Shown: piece by piece, positions 15,953-23,727 of the stretch
Numbering within the stretch: the first letter of the stretch is position 1
Layout of the letters: every line of letters starts with the position of its first letter
Source: a virus
Lineage: Duplodnaviria > Caudoviricetes
Length of the DNA: 29,871 bases
Virus record (IMG/VR): IMGVR_UViG_3300011339_000048
Span: 1-29,871 of that record
Direction: 5' to 3' (one strand)
Program-made: the position numbers and the translations under genes
Notes under the pieces: model-generated
Database searches by the model: none
What the model was told of the DNA's origin: nothing
Seen by the model: the letters and a program-made list of their open reading frames with translations, nothing else

Positions 15953-17398
15953 TTACTTAGTTTCAAGTGCCACCACACGGGCGGTTAGTGCGTTGATTGT
16001 TTCGGCTTGTGTGTCGTTTATAGCCTTGAGTTCTTTTATGGCGGCGCTTAGAGCAGCAACTAAAAAGGAAGCGTCCATGCTCTGGTACTCAGGATTGCCA
16101 TCTTTATCTACCCCGTCTTTTGTTCCGTGAACCGCTTGCGGAAACACTTCTGCTAACTCATGGGCAATAAAACCTTCACCATCTTTACCATCAATTTTCC
16201 ATGTATAGGTACAAGGCTTTAGTCGTGCAATCTTAGCCAAAGCCCCAGTTATTGGCGTTACGTTTTCTTTAAGGCGGTAGTCAGATGTTGTGTTGTAAAG
16301 AATACTAGAACCGTTTCCCACAATAGAGCCAACGGCCCCATTACCATTTACCCAACTTATATATGAGTTAGTGGTTGCCGCGCCAGTACTAAATATGCTT
16401 GGGCCTGTATTGAAAGTATTCCTAAACAAAATTCCTTGCGCAGAACTTGTTGGGTTATTAAAAATTTGTACTTGGTCTGTAATTGTGGCGTTTCCAAAAA
16501 CATTAAATGTGCTAGTGCCGCCCGTGCCTTTAAGTTGGAGGTTGCCGTTGGCGTCGATACGCATACGCTCAGAGCCGTTGTTATAAAAACGAATGTTTCC
16601 AGCGGGGTTATTCCAAATATCTAAATTACCTGCACCACCAGTAAATCCAATATATCCATAGTTAGTTGATGGAGTTGTTGTAGAACGCACATAAACAGCA
16701 GAGCCACCACTTCCTTGTACATCTAGTGCTTTTCCATACGCACCTGTATCGGTTGGTGTACTAGTACCAATCCCCACATTACCAGAGGAGTCGATACGCA
16801 TACGCTCTGTGCCACCAGTTTGTGCATATAAATATGCACTTGAAGAATTTATTCCATAAGCAGTCCCAGCGCCAAATGTTGCGTTATCACCAATTTGTGA
16901 AGAAGTATTTGTTGCTCCATTATTTACAATATATGTGGAGTTATAAGTTGACCCAAATCTTGCGGTACTAGAAACATCTAATTTTTGTGCTGGCGAACTA
17001 GTACCAATCCCCACATTCTGTGAAGTATCAATAGTTACCGCAGTAGTGCCAGCAGACTGAATCGTAAGATTAGTAGCAGATGCGCTTGAGAACTGATTGA
17101 TAGTGGGTGTAGTTAGTGTCTTATTGGTCAGAGTATCTGTGGTTGCTCGACCCACCAAGGTATCTGTTGATGTTGGTAGGGTCAGAGTGCCAGTATTAGA
17201 GATTGTGCTGATTACAGGAGCAGTTAGGGTCTTGTTGGTCAGGGTATCAGTCGTTGCCTTACCAACCAAGGTATCCGTTGCCGCAGGCAGGGTGATGGTA
17301 GTAGTACCAGCCACCGCAGTTGCCTGCAATGTGGTTGTCCCTGAAGTCGAACCAGAAATATCTATTGCATTAGGTTTTAGGGTTACTGTCGTTGCCAT
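15953..17398 (-). CDS. Fibre protein with C-terminal peptidase S74 intramolecular chaperone
   Basis: Thr-rich TDTLTNKTLT repeats, ERMRID..GNVGIGT shaft repeats, autocleavage motif TTSDYRLKENV, GFIAHELAEVFP and a terminal coiled coil. Confidence 0.9.
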   Translation of the reverse strand: MATTVTLKPNAIDISGSTSGTTTLQATAVAGTTTITLPAATDTLVGKATTDTLTNKTLTAPVISTISNTGTLTLPTSTDTLVGRATTDTLTNKTLTTPTINQFSSASATNLTIQSAGTTAVTIDTSQNVGIGTSSPAQKLDVSSTARFGSTYNSTYIVNNGATNTSSQIGDNATFGAGTAYGINSSSAYLYAQTGGTERMRIDSSGNVGIGTSTPTDTGAYGKALDVQGSGGSAVYVRSTTTPSTNYGYIGFTGGAGNLDIWNNPAGNIRFYNNGSERMRIDANGNLQLKGTGGTSTFNVFGNATITDQVQIFNNPTSSAQGILFRNTFNTGPSIFSTGAATTNSYISWVNGNGAVGSIVGNGSSILYNTTSDYRLKENVTPITGALAKIARLKPCTYTWKIDGKDGEGFIAHELAEVFPQAVHGTKDGVDKDGNPEYQSMDASFLVAALSAAIKELKAINDTQAETINALTARVVALETK

Positions 17399-17407
17399 AT
17401 TTTTCCT

Positions 17408-18112
17408 TTATGGTGTTCCATTTGCAACAATATTTGTTGCTGAAGTAATCACTCCAGTTGAAGACATTGATGCAATTGTAATTGCACCATACTTGAATAT
17501 CAACTTGCCACCCGATTCTTCAATTGTGAAGTTTGTCGTTACAAGAGAATTAACAGTTGGCGTTGCCCAAGATGTGTTTGTTCCATCTGTTTTTAAAAAC
17601 TTGCCAGAATTGCTTGCCTGTGAGGGTAGAACAGTACCCGCACCCCCAGAAGTCACAAGTTTGATTCTTTCTTGCAACTCAGGAGCAACTACCTCTCCCA
17701 CATTGATCTGTTGACCAGTAGACAAGGTAATAACCAATGATCCATCAAAGTCAATCTGGGCGTTTGAGACAGAAACACCATCTTTTCCGTCTTGTCCGTC
17801 TTTCCCATCCCGACCATCTCGCCCATTCTTGCCATCTACGCCTTGCCGACCATCTGCACCCTTCTCGCCCTTGTCTCCCTTGTCCCCTTTTTGTGGGACT
17901 ATGGCTTTGGCAACCTCAAGTTGTGCTGTAACCTTGTTTTCCATCACTTTGATAGCCTCAACTATCAAATCTACATTGTCTTGAACAGCCTTTTCCTCTT
18001 GTTGGCGCATAGCCACAAGCGTTTCTTCCATCTTTGTAATGGCTTCTAACTTCTCATCAAAAGATGAGTCTGTTGACTCAATACTTTGGATAAGTTCTTT
18101 GATATTAGCCAT
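17408..18112 (-). CDS. Collagen-like fibre protein
   Basis: N-terminal coiled coil, 13 consecutive Gly-X-Y triplets (GDK...GVS), SGKFLKTDGTNTSW linker, beta C-terminus. Confidence 0.8.
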   Translation of the reverse strand: MANIKELIQSIESTDSSFDEKLEAITKMEETLVAMRQQEEKAVQDNVDLIVEAIKVMENKVTAQLEVAKAIVPQKGDKGDKGEKGADGRQGVDGKNGRDGRDGKDGQDGKDGVSVSNAQIDFDGSLVITLSTGQQINVGEVVAPELQERIKLVTSGGAGTVLPSQASNSGKFLKTDGTNTSWATPTVNSLVTTNFTIEESGGKLIFKYGAITIASMSSTGVITSATNIVANGTP

Positions 18113-20171
18113 TTCTTAGACCATCTGTGAGTTTGGTAAGGAAATCTTCTTTGACTTTTGACTGAGCATTTAACTTGTCTGCCATCTGTAACTCAACAAT
18201 CTTGCTCTTATTCTTAATATCAGCCTCTTTAAGCATCAAATCAGCAATCTTGACTCGTTTGTCAAACTCTCTCTGGTTGGCATCAGCCTCATTTGGCAGA
18301 TTCTTAGTCAAAGATGCACTCATCTTGGCTTGCACCTCTTGTGGCATGAGTTGCGCCTCAGTCATTAACTTCTGAGCCTCTGCACGATTCTGTTCTGCCT
18401 GAGTAGTATTGACCGCAATTTGGGCTTGAGCCGCTTGGAGTGCCAATTGTTGTTGCACTTGTTGCATTTGTTGCGCTTGTGGGTCAGGTTGAGCCATCTT
18501 CTCAAGCATTGCAATCAACTCCATCCTGTTGGACAAACTTGAATTAGCCAAAATGCCCTTCAGAATCACAGGCAAGACAGGAGTGTTGGGGCCTAGCGTC
18601 TGAAGTAGCCCAATAAACTGCTGTTGTTCGTACTCTCTAGCAATAATGCCAAGGGTTGCGGTTGGTATGAAGTTCATATCCACGCTTGGATAGCGTTCTG
18701 GGTCAAACTGCATATAGCGAAATGCCGCCTTCTTGATAAACGGGATCAAGAAATCCTCTTGGAAGTTCACCAAAGTGCGTTTGTACTTCTTGATGATAGA
18801 GGCAACAGCCATAGACATACCGCCTTGACCACCATCTCTAGCCACATTGCTGATCATGCCTTGGGAATCAAGAGTTCCCGTTGCTTGGAGGAGCATCCTC
18901 TCAAAGTCTTTGGCAGTAGCCAAGTTGTTGGGGTCAGTTTGACCAAACTTGAAGGGATACAAAATCTCAGAAGGTGCGCCATTGGTCAAGATCGCCTTGC
19001 CAGGCTTGACCTCAAACTTCATTCCCCTTGGAAGTCTGGTCGCATCCATTGCAATCATCGGGGAAGTTGTCAGCGCCAAGGAATCTAGGTGGCTTCTAGT
19101 CTGTGCGTCAATAGCCTTTTGCATATTGAACGCCTTTTCGACTGTGCCTCTACCCAACAATCTGTTTGGAACTGTGTCATCTTGGTAACTTAAAACAGGT
19201 CTGTCCTTCATCATGTAAGGATTGGCTTCTGCTTTCAAGAGTTGGTCATCGTTGGCAATCACCACAATGGCTTCTACCAAGTCTGCATACTCTTCTGCCT
19301 CAGAGTTATCTGGAAACAGGTCAACAATTTCCTTGTTTTCCTCTAGATTCTCAAGAAACTCCCTTGGCACTAAGCCATAGTAGGTCAACAACAAGACTTT
19401 CTCGTCCTGATATTGGCTTACCTCTTGGGTAGGCTCAAGGTCTGTGTCTTCACCAGAAGTGGTAATGTCTACTTTGCGATAGATGCCCTTCTCTATGCCT
19501 TGGACAATCTTGTGGATAGAGACATATTTCTCGATAGCCACGCCCATACAGTCATCAATGCTCGTTCCATTGGGATCGAATAAGAAGTTCTTGGGGTTGA
19601 CAGGCATGATCTTCACGCCAATGCGGTCTTTTTCTAAGACTCCGATGGCGGCTTGCCCAACTTGGCCTGGTATCGCTTGCGTGGCAGGGACGTATTCCTT
19701 CTCCGTCTTGACAATAATCTCGCCAATGCCTGTGCCGTAGATTTCAGCCATCAACTCGATTTGGTCGATGGACTTGCGGATTTTGTCCTTCTTGAAGTCT
19801 TCCATCAGTTGAGCCTTGATTAACTCAACATCTATGGGGTTACCGCCTACATCTTGTAGGTTGTCTTCAATATCAAAGTAGTCGCCTTGACCAAAGATTG
19901 CTTCCATGATCTCTGCATGGCGAGTCTCTACGGCTTGTTGGGTGGCGGGGGTGACAATACGGCTACGCTCAGATTCACGGGTTTTGTCCTCGGAAGCCCA
20001 TTGACCACGGAAGATGCGCTCGTACTCTAGCCAATCAGGAAGGAAGTTAACATCTCGGTAGTCACGCCACCGATTGCAGTGGTCTACAACAAATCCAACA
20101 AGTTCTTTGTCAGCCTCACTAGGCTCGTCAAACTCGTTTTCTTCCATACCGACTTGTTTATCTGTTGCCAT
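18105..20171 (-). CDS. Portal protein
   Basis: About 688 aa from ATG 20171, directly after terL; RSRIVTPATQQAVE, AEIYGTGIG, NFLFDPNG motifs; Gln-rich C-terminal helix like the P22 portal barrel. Confidence 0.9.
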   Translation of the reverse strand: MATDKQVGMEENEFDEPSEADKELVGFVVDHCNRWRDYRDVNFLPDWLEYERIFRGQWASEDKTRESERSRIVTPATQQAVETRHAEIMEAIFGQGDYFDIEDNLQDVGGNPIDVELIKAQLMEDFKKDKIRKSIDQIELMAEIYGTGIGEIIVKTEKEYVPATQAIPGQVGQAAIGVLEKDRIGVKIMPVNPKNFLFDPNGTSIDDCMGVAIEKYVSIHKIVQGIEKGIYRKVDITTSGEDTDLEPTQEVSQYQDEKVLLLTYYGLVPREFLENLEENKEIVDLFPDNSEAEEYADLVEAIVVIANDDQLLKAEANPYMMKDRPVLSYQDDTVPNRLLGRGTVEKAFNMQKAIDAQTRSHLDSLALTTSPMIAMDATRLPRGMKFEVKPGKAILTNGAPSEILYPFKFGQTDPNNLATAKDFERMLLQATGTLDSQGMISNVARDGGQGGMSMAVASIIKKYKRTLVNFQEDFLIPFIKKAAFRYMQFDPERYPSVDMNFIPTATLGIIAREYEQQQFIGLLQTLGPNTPVLPVILKGILANSSLSNRMELIAMLEKMAQPDPQAQQMQQVQQQLALQAAQAQIAVNTTQAEQNRAEAQKLMTEAQLMPQEVQAKMSASLTKNLPNEADANQREFDKRVKIADLMLKEADIKNKSKIVELQMADKLNAQSKVKEDFLTKLTDGLRNG

Positions 20172-20173
20172 TA

Positions 20174-21433
20174 TCAAACCCCGCTTATTATGTCTACTGG
20201 CTCCCAATCATCTTCTTGATCGTCCACAAAGTAAGAAGTGACAGCCATTTGATCTATATATGAGAGAGCATCTGGCAAATCATCATGCACTCCAATGGCG
20301 GGAAATAAAAGAAGTTGATCTTTAAATTCATCCCAATCCTCCTCAGAGTTCAGCACAATACGTCCATGCTCAAACCGCCCTTGGAGACTCCAGATAATTC
20401 TGTCAGCCTTTTTCCTGTTGCCATGCGTTAAGTCAACTATGTGCGAATATACATTATTTTTACGCATTAAGTCAGACAAATATGGCAAAACTGCGTTTTT
20501 TAGCGCACCTTTCTCAATTCCTACACTCAAAGGCTTGTATTCACGCATCTTCAATAGGATCGTTGCCGCAGTCTCACGGATGTCCCAACGCCCATAGACA
20601 ATCTCTTTGACAAACCATTTGCCATCATCCGTTACCTTGACAACAGCAATAGCAGTCTGGTCTAGCCTTTTCTTAGAATTAGCCGCTTGTTTGGCAACTT
20701 CCTCGAATCCTGCCAAGTCACAGGCTATGTAGTAACTGCCATACTCAGGCTCTTCCCCGTACTTGATCCACTCTTCCTTAAAGATATTGCTACCAGCATT
20801 GGTGAAACTAGCCATATATTCTTGCTTGAAAGCAAAGGTAGACAGGGTTTTCTTGGCTGACTCAATCTCTGAGGGGTCGATCAGGGGGTTGTCTTTGGTG
20901 GTGAAGTGCCAAGATTTCCAGTCTTTATCCTCTGCGCTTTCGCCCAATCTAAACAGATCGTAGAACCAGTTTCTTCCTTTGGGCGTTCCGATGAACATGG
21001 CTCTTCCTTTTTTATCGGAGAGAGAGGCTCGGATAACTTGCTCCCACGCTTCGGGCTTGATGTCTGCGACTTCGTCAAGGACTGCGTAGGTGAGGGAGAC
21101 TCCACGGAGGGTATCGGGTCTATCAGCACCTCGGACATAGATGGTTGCTCCGTTGATGGTGGTAATGTCTTGATTGTTGATGTGGGCATTTTGGATAACT
21201 TCCCTTCCTAATTCCATTAAAACTTGCCAAATAATCTGCCTAGCCTGACCATTGGTAGGGGCTACATACAGAACAGCAGAACCCGCAGGGCAACGCAATG
21301 CCTCAATAAGTAGGGTGACTGCCGCCATACGGGACTTACCACAACGCCTACCAGCCGCAATGACTTTGAACCTCGTCTGATCCTTAAAAACAGTCTCTTG
21401 CCAAGGTAAAAGGCTAAAGTTCAGATCACTCAT
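20174..21433 (-). CDS. terL: Terminase large subunit
   Basis: Walker A AAGRRCGKS, Walker B AVLDE, GTP coupling motif, nuclease motifs IACDLAG and HDDLPDALSY. Confidence 0.95.
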   Translation of the reverse strand: MSDLNFSLLPWQETVFKDQTRFKVIAAGRRCGKSRMAAVTLLIEALRCPAGSAVLYVAPTNGQARQIIWQVLMELGREVIQNAHINNQDITTINGATIYVRGADRPDTLRGVSLTYAVLDEVADIKPEAWEQVIRASLSDKKGRAMFIGTPKGRNWFYDLFRLGESAEDKDWKSWHFTTKDNPLIDPSEIESAKKTLSTFAFKQEYMASFTNAGSNIFKEEWIKYGEEPEYGSYYIACDLAGFEEVAKQAANSKKRLDQTAIAVVKVTDDGKWFVKEIVYGRWDIRETAATILLKMREYKPLSVGIEKGALKNAVLPYLSDLMRKNNVYSHIVDLTHGNRKKADRIIWSLQGRFEHGRIVLNSEEDWDEFKDQLLLFPAIGVHDDLPDALSYIDQMAVTSYFVDDQEDDWEPVDIISGV

Positions 21434-21834
21434 TATTTCTTCATCATTTGCATGATTTGTTCTTGGAGTTTCTGAGCCTCAAGGGTTTGGTCTAGGGTCG
21501 CATCTTTGGCAGAAGGGTCTCCTGAGAGAATCCTAGCCAAGATAGACTGTTTGGCAGAAATTGGGTCTTTTTCATACTCAGTACCAGTAAACATCTTTTG
21601 CTGTGACTTTGTTAAGTCAAAACTTGGGCTTATTTCATTTTGGCGCATATAGATACGCAAAGCCTCGTTTTTTGCCACAGCCATCTTCTCTTGAGGTGAA
21701 AGCGTAGAAAAAGGATTTAATATGATTTTGTTGTCTTCAGTCGCCATACCAGCAACTTCAGGTCTTTCCTTAAAGAAAGTAAGTTCTGATTTATAGGGAG
21801 TTCTCATCCCATAAAGGTTTACAAGGTTATCCAT
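21433..21834 (-). CDS. Hypothetical protein between terS and terL
   Basis: About 133 aa from ATG 21834 with GGAGG SD; TAATG-coupled to terL. Confidence 0.7.
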   Translation of the reverse strand: MDNLVNLYGMRTPYKSELTFFKERPEVAGMATEDNKIILNPFSTLSPQEKMAVAKNEALRIYMRQNEISPSFDLTKSQQKMFTGTEYEKDPISAKQSILARILSGDPSAKDATLDQTLEAQKLQEQIMQMMKK

Positions 21835-22201
21835 TCTTATCCTCCACATCTTCTGCGTCTATTGTAGGAGCGTGGCTTATTTCGCCAATTCCCGTAATAT
21901 TGATGGTGACAGCCGACCTTTGCTTGGCTTCCTTGTCAAATAAGGTGATCGGTAGCGTCCGATCCAAACACATTTTGAGTGCCGCCATCTGGCCTGGGTG
22001 GTCATCATTCAACGCAATCTCTATCACCTTCTGCGCCACATCCCTTCCACCAGAGTTGATCATCAACTCCTTCAACTCCTTGATCCTCTGGTGATCCGTC
22101 TTCGGTAACGAGAGAGATGGGTTCGCCGCCCATCGCTGGATGGTGAGTTTCTTAACACCCTTCGGTCTACCAACCTTTTTTTTCAATTCAAGTTCACTCA
22201 T
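21827..22201 (-). CDS. terS: Terminase small subunit, putative
   Basis: 124 aa; basic KKKVGRPKGVKK N-terminus, helical core VIEIALNDDHPGQMAALKMCLDR, C-terminal strand VTINITG; first gene of the packaging module. Confidence 0.7.
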   Translation of the reverse strand: MSELELKKKVGRPKGVKKLTIQRWAANPSLSLPKTDHQRIKELKELMINSGGRDVAQKVIEIALNDDHPGQMAALKMCLDRTLPITLFDKEAKQRSAVTINITGIGEISHAPTIDAEDVEDKNG

Positions 22202-22233
22202 AACAAAATTTTACTCCTTTTACCTTTTCGTGT

Positions 22234-22281
22234 GGGGAGGGGGGTACAGCAAAAACTTTGGTGGCGACCGACCCCCTCCCC
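22234..22281. repeat. 10-bp G/C inverted repeat containing GGGNAGGG octamers
   Basis: GGGGAGGGGG at 22234-22243 and CCCCCTCCCC at 22272-22281. Confidence 0.75.
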
Positions 22282-22332
22282 CCCATGCGAAAACCAAAGA
22301 CTACTGGAAAACCCTAACAGTTTTGCGAGTCT

Positions 22333-22360
22333 GCTTCATACAACATTCATTATGTAAAGT
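22333..22360 (+). other. dif-like XerC/XerD recombination site
   Basis: GCTTCATACAA-CATTCA-TTATGTAAAGT, 11-6-11. Right arm 9/11 to the E. coli XerD arm TTATGTTAAAT; left arm 6/11 to the XerC arm GGTGCGCATAA. Confidence 0.75.
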
Positions 22361-22369
22361 TATTTGGTA

Positions 22370-22457
22370 GTTATCCACAGGTTATCCACAGGCTTTTGTA
22401 AGTTAACGCAAAGAAATCAAGAAATTGTGGATAACTCATCATTTGCCCTGTGGATAA
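22370..22457. promoter_or_regulatory. Cluster of four perfect DnaA boxes
   Basis: TTATCCACA at 22371-22379 and 22382-22390; TGTGGATAA at 22426-22434 and 22449-22457. Confidence 0.9.
22415..22427 (+). promoter_or_regulatory. IHF-binding consensus
   Basis: AATCAA-GAAA-TTG fits WATCAANNNNTTR; lies between DnaA boxes 2 and 3. Confidence 0.6.
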
Positions 22458-22584
22458 GTTGGGTTTGGGCGGTCTGGTTCGGCGGCGCAAACGCAAAAAG
22501 TGAAAGAGTCGGATGGTGCATTTTGGCTATACCTTAGGTTTTGACTATCGACTTTAACAAACCAATAGTTATTGCAAATATTCG

Positions 22585-22866
22585 TTAAGAAGTATCGAGA
22601 TCAGATAGTTTGCACATATGCCTCTTATTCCTCTTAAAACGGGCTACAAGCCTCTGATCTGACTCATCCGTAGCCAGACTAACCTCAAGGGATTGGACGG
22701 GCATCCAAGGTCTATAACCGAATTCGTAGAAATGTCGGTAAAACTCCATTACGGCGACAAAACCATTGGAGATGTTTCCGTCACCAGCCGCCAAAAGGAT
22801 TGTCCGTTCCGCATCACCAAGAACCCTGCGGAACTGGACAGTATGTTTGCTTGGTGGACGAGGCAT
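22585..22866 (-). CDS. Hypothetical protein, possibly DNA-binding
   Basis: 93 aa starting 1 nt after the rusA stop, GGAGG SD; basic MPRPPSK N-terminus. Confidence 0.6.
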   Translation of the reverse strand: MPRPPSKHTVQFRRVLGDAERTILLAAGDGNISNGFVAVMEFYRHFYEFGYRPWMPVQSLEVSLATDESDQRLVARFKRNKRHMCKLSDLDTS

Positions 22867-22867
22867 C

Positions 22868-23203
22868 CTAGATCACCTCCAACTCAACCGCATACACCTT
22901 GGCACCACCGCTTCTCTGCCGATACTGCCAATCAAGCCGCTTATCGCCATCATCAACGCCAAGCCAGTCGGCGACACCATCACGGGTTGCTTTGAACGCA
23001 GACTGCAAGTTATCGCCATCCAACTGGCGAGGCGCAATCCTCGTTAGCACCAAAGTCAAAGGTAATGGCGGCGGAACAGCCACAGATGCCAATGCGTTAA
23101 ACGCCTTTTGCCGCTGACTTTTCGCCAAACGAGCCTTAACAGCCCAATGCATCCGCAAATTAGCAACAGAGACAATTTTCATATCAATCCTCACTTCGAT
23201 CAT
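22868..23203 (-). CDS. rusA: RusA-like Holliday junction resolvase
   Basis: RQLDGDNLQSAFKATRDGVADWLGVDDGD matches the RusA DxDN...K...D...DD signature. Confidence 0.8.
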   Translation of the reverse strand: MIEVRIDMKIVSVANLRMHWAVKARLAKSQRQKAFNALASVAVPPPLPLTLVLTRIAPRQLDGDNLQSAFKATRDGVADWLGVDDGDKRLDWQYRQRSGGAKVYAVELEVI

Positions 23204-23517
23204 GCGTAGGCTTCTTCGATGGCTTTGCAGACCGCTTTGAACAAGTCTGGGCGAAACTCCTTAATGATTGGCAAGTCAAGGTTATCGGCAAACCTAGTGC
23301 CATTCCAAGCAAACCAATAATTCGCTTTTAGTGCCACCATGCCATCAGCCACCAGTTTGTAGTTATTCCAATATTCCTTAACTGGCTGGTTCTCAAACAG
23401 CATCCAGTTAACGCCATCAAACTCACCAAGGTCACAAACCTTTACCCAAGTCTTCTGATCTGGTTTATTTCCAGCCCACAATTTTTCTTTCATACCTTGC
23501 CTTTCAAATTTATCCAA
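23200..23517 (-). CDS. Hypothetical protein
   Basis: 105 aa, TTG start with GGGAG SD (alternative ATG 23493); ATGA overlap with rusA. Confidence 0.65.
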   Translation of the reverse strand: MDKFERQGMKEKLWAGNKPDQKTWVKVCDLGEFDGVNWMLFENQPVKEYWNNYKLVADGMVALKANYWFAWNGTRFADNLDLPIIKEFRPDLFKAVCKAIEEAYA

Positions 23518-23542
23518 CCTGACTCCCTTGTCCGTCCTACCT

Positions 23543-23727
23543 CATCCGATCTGCCTTCCATCCGATCCTTCCGTTGTCTGTAGACAACGGAGGAAGGATT
23601 CGGATGATTGGAGAGGCAGAAGGCGGATGGTTTCGGATGGTTTCGGATGATTCGGATGGTAGTTTCGGATGATCTAATTACCATCCGATGTTATCCGATT
23701 CGGATGACTTTCGGATGGTTTCGGATG
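23543..23727. repeat. Iteron array plus hairpin, probable phage replication origin
   Basis: Eight TTCGGATG copies (23599, 23632, 23642, 23651, 23664, 23699, 23710, 23720), inverted CATCCGA at 23543, 23559 and 23682, and palindrome TCCGTTGTCT-GT-AGACAACGGA at 23570-23591; overlaps the 3' end of the primase-helicase gene. Confidence 0.8.

Noticed and set aside
15953-17398. Diversity-generating retroelement or invertible fibre cassette
   Set aside because: No reverse transcriptase or invertase in the window; repeats are short, direct and lack adenine-specific mismatches.
19512-19520. Near-match DnaA box TGTGGATAG in the portal gene
   Set aside because: An isolated 8/9 match in coding sequence is expected by chance.
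23490-23684. 64-aa ORF across the iterons
   Set aside because: The translation simply reflects the DNA repeats; there is no independent coding evidence.
23599-23727. CRISPR array
   Set aside because: Repeats are only 8-10 nt, nearly contiguous and in both orientations, with no spacers; iterons fit better.
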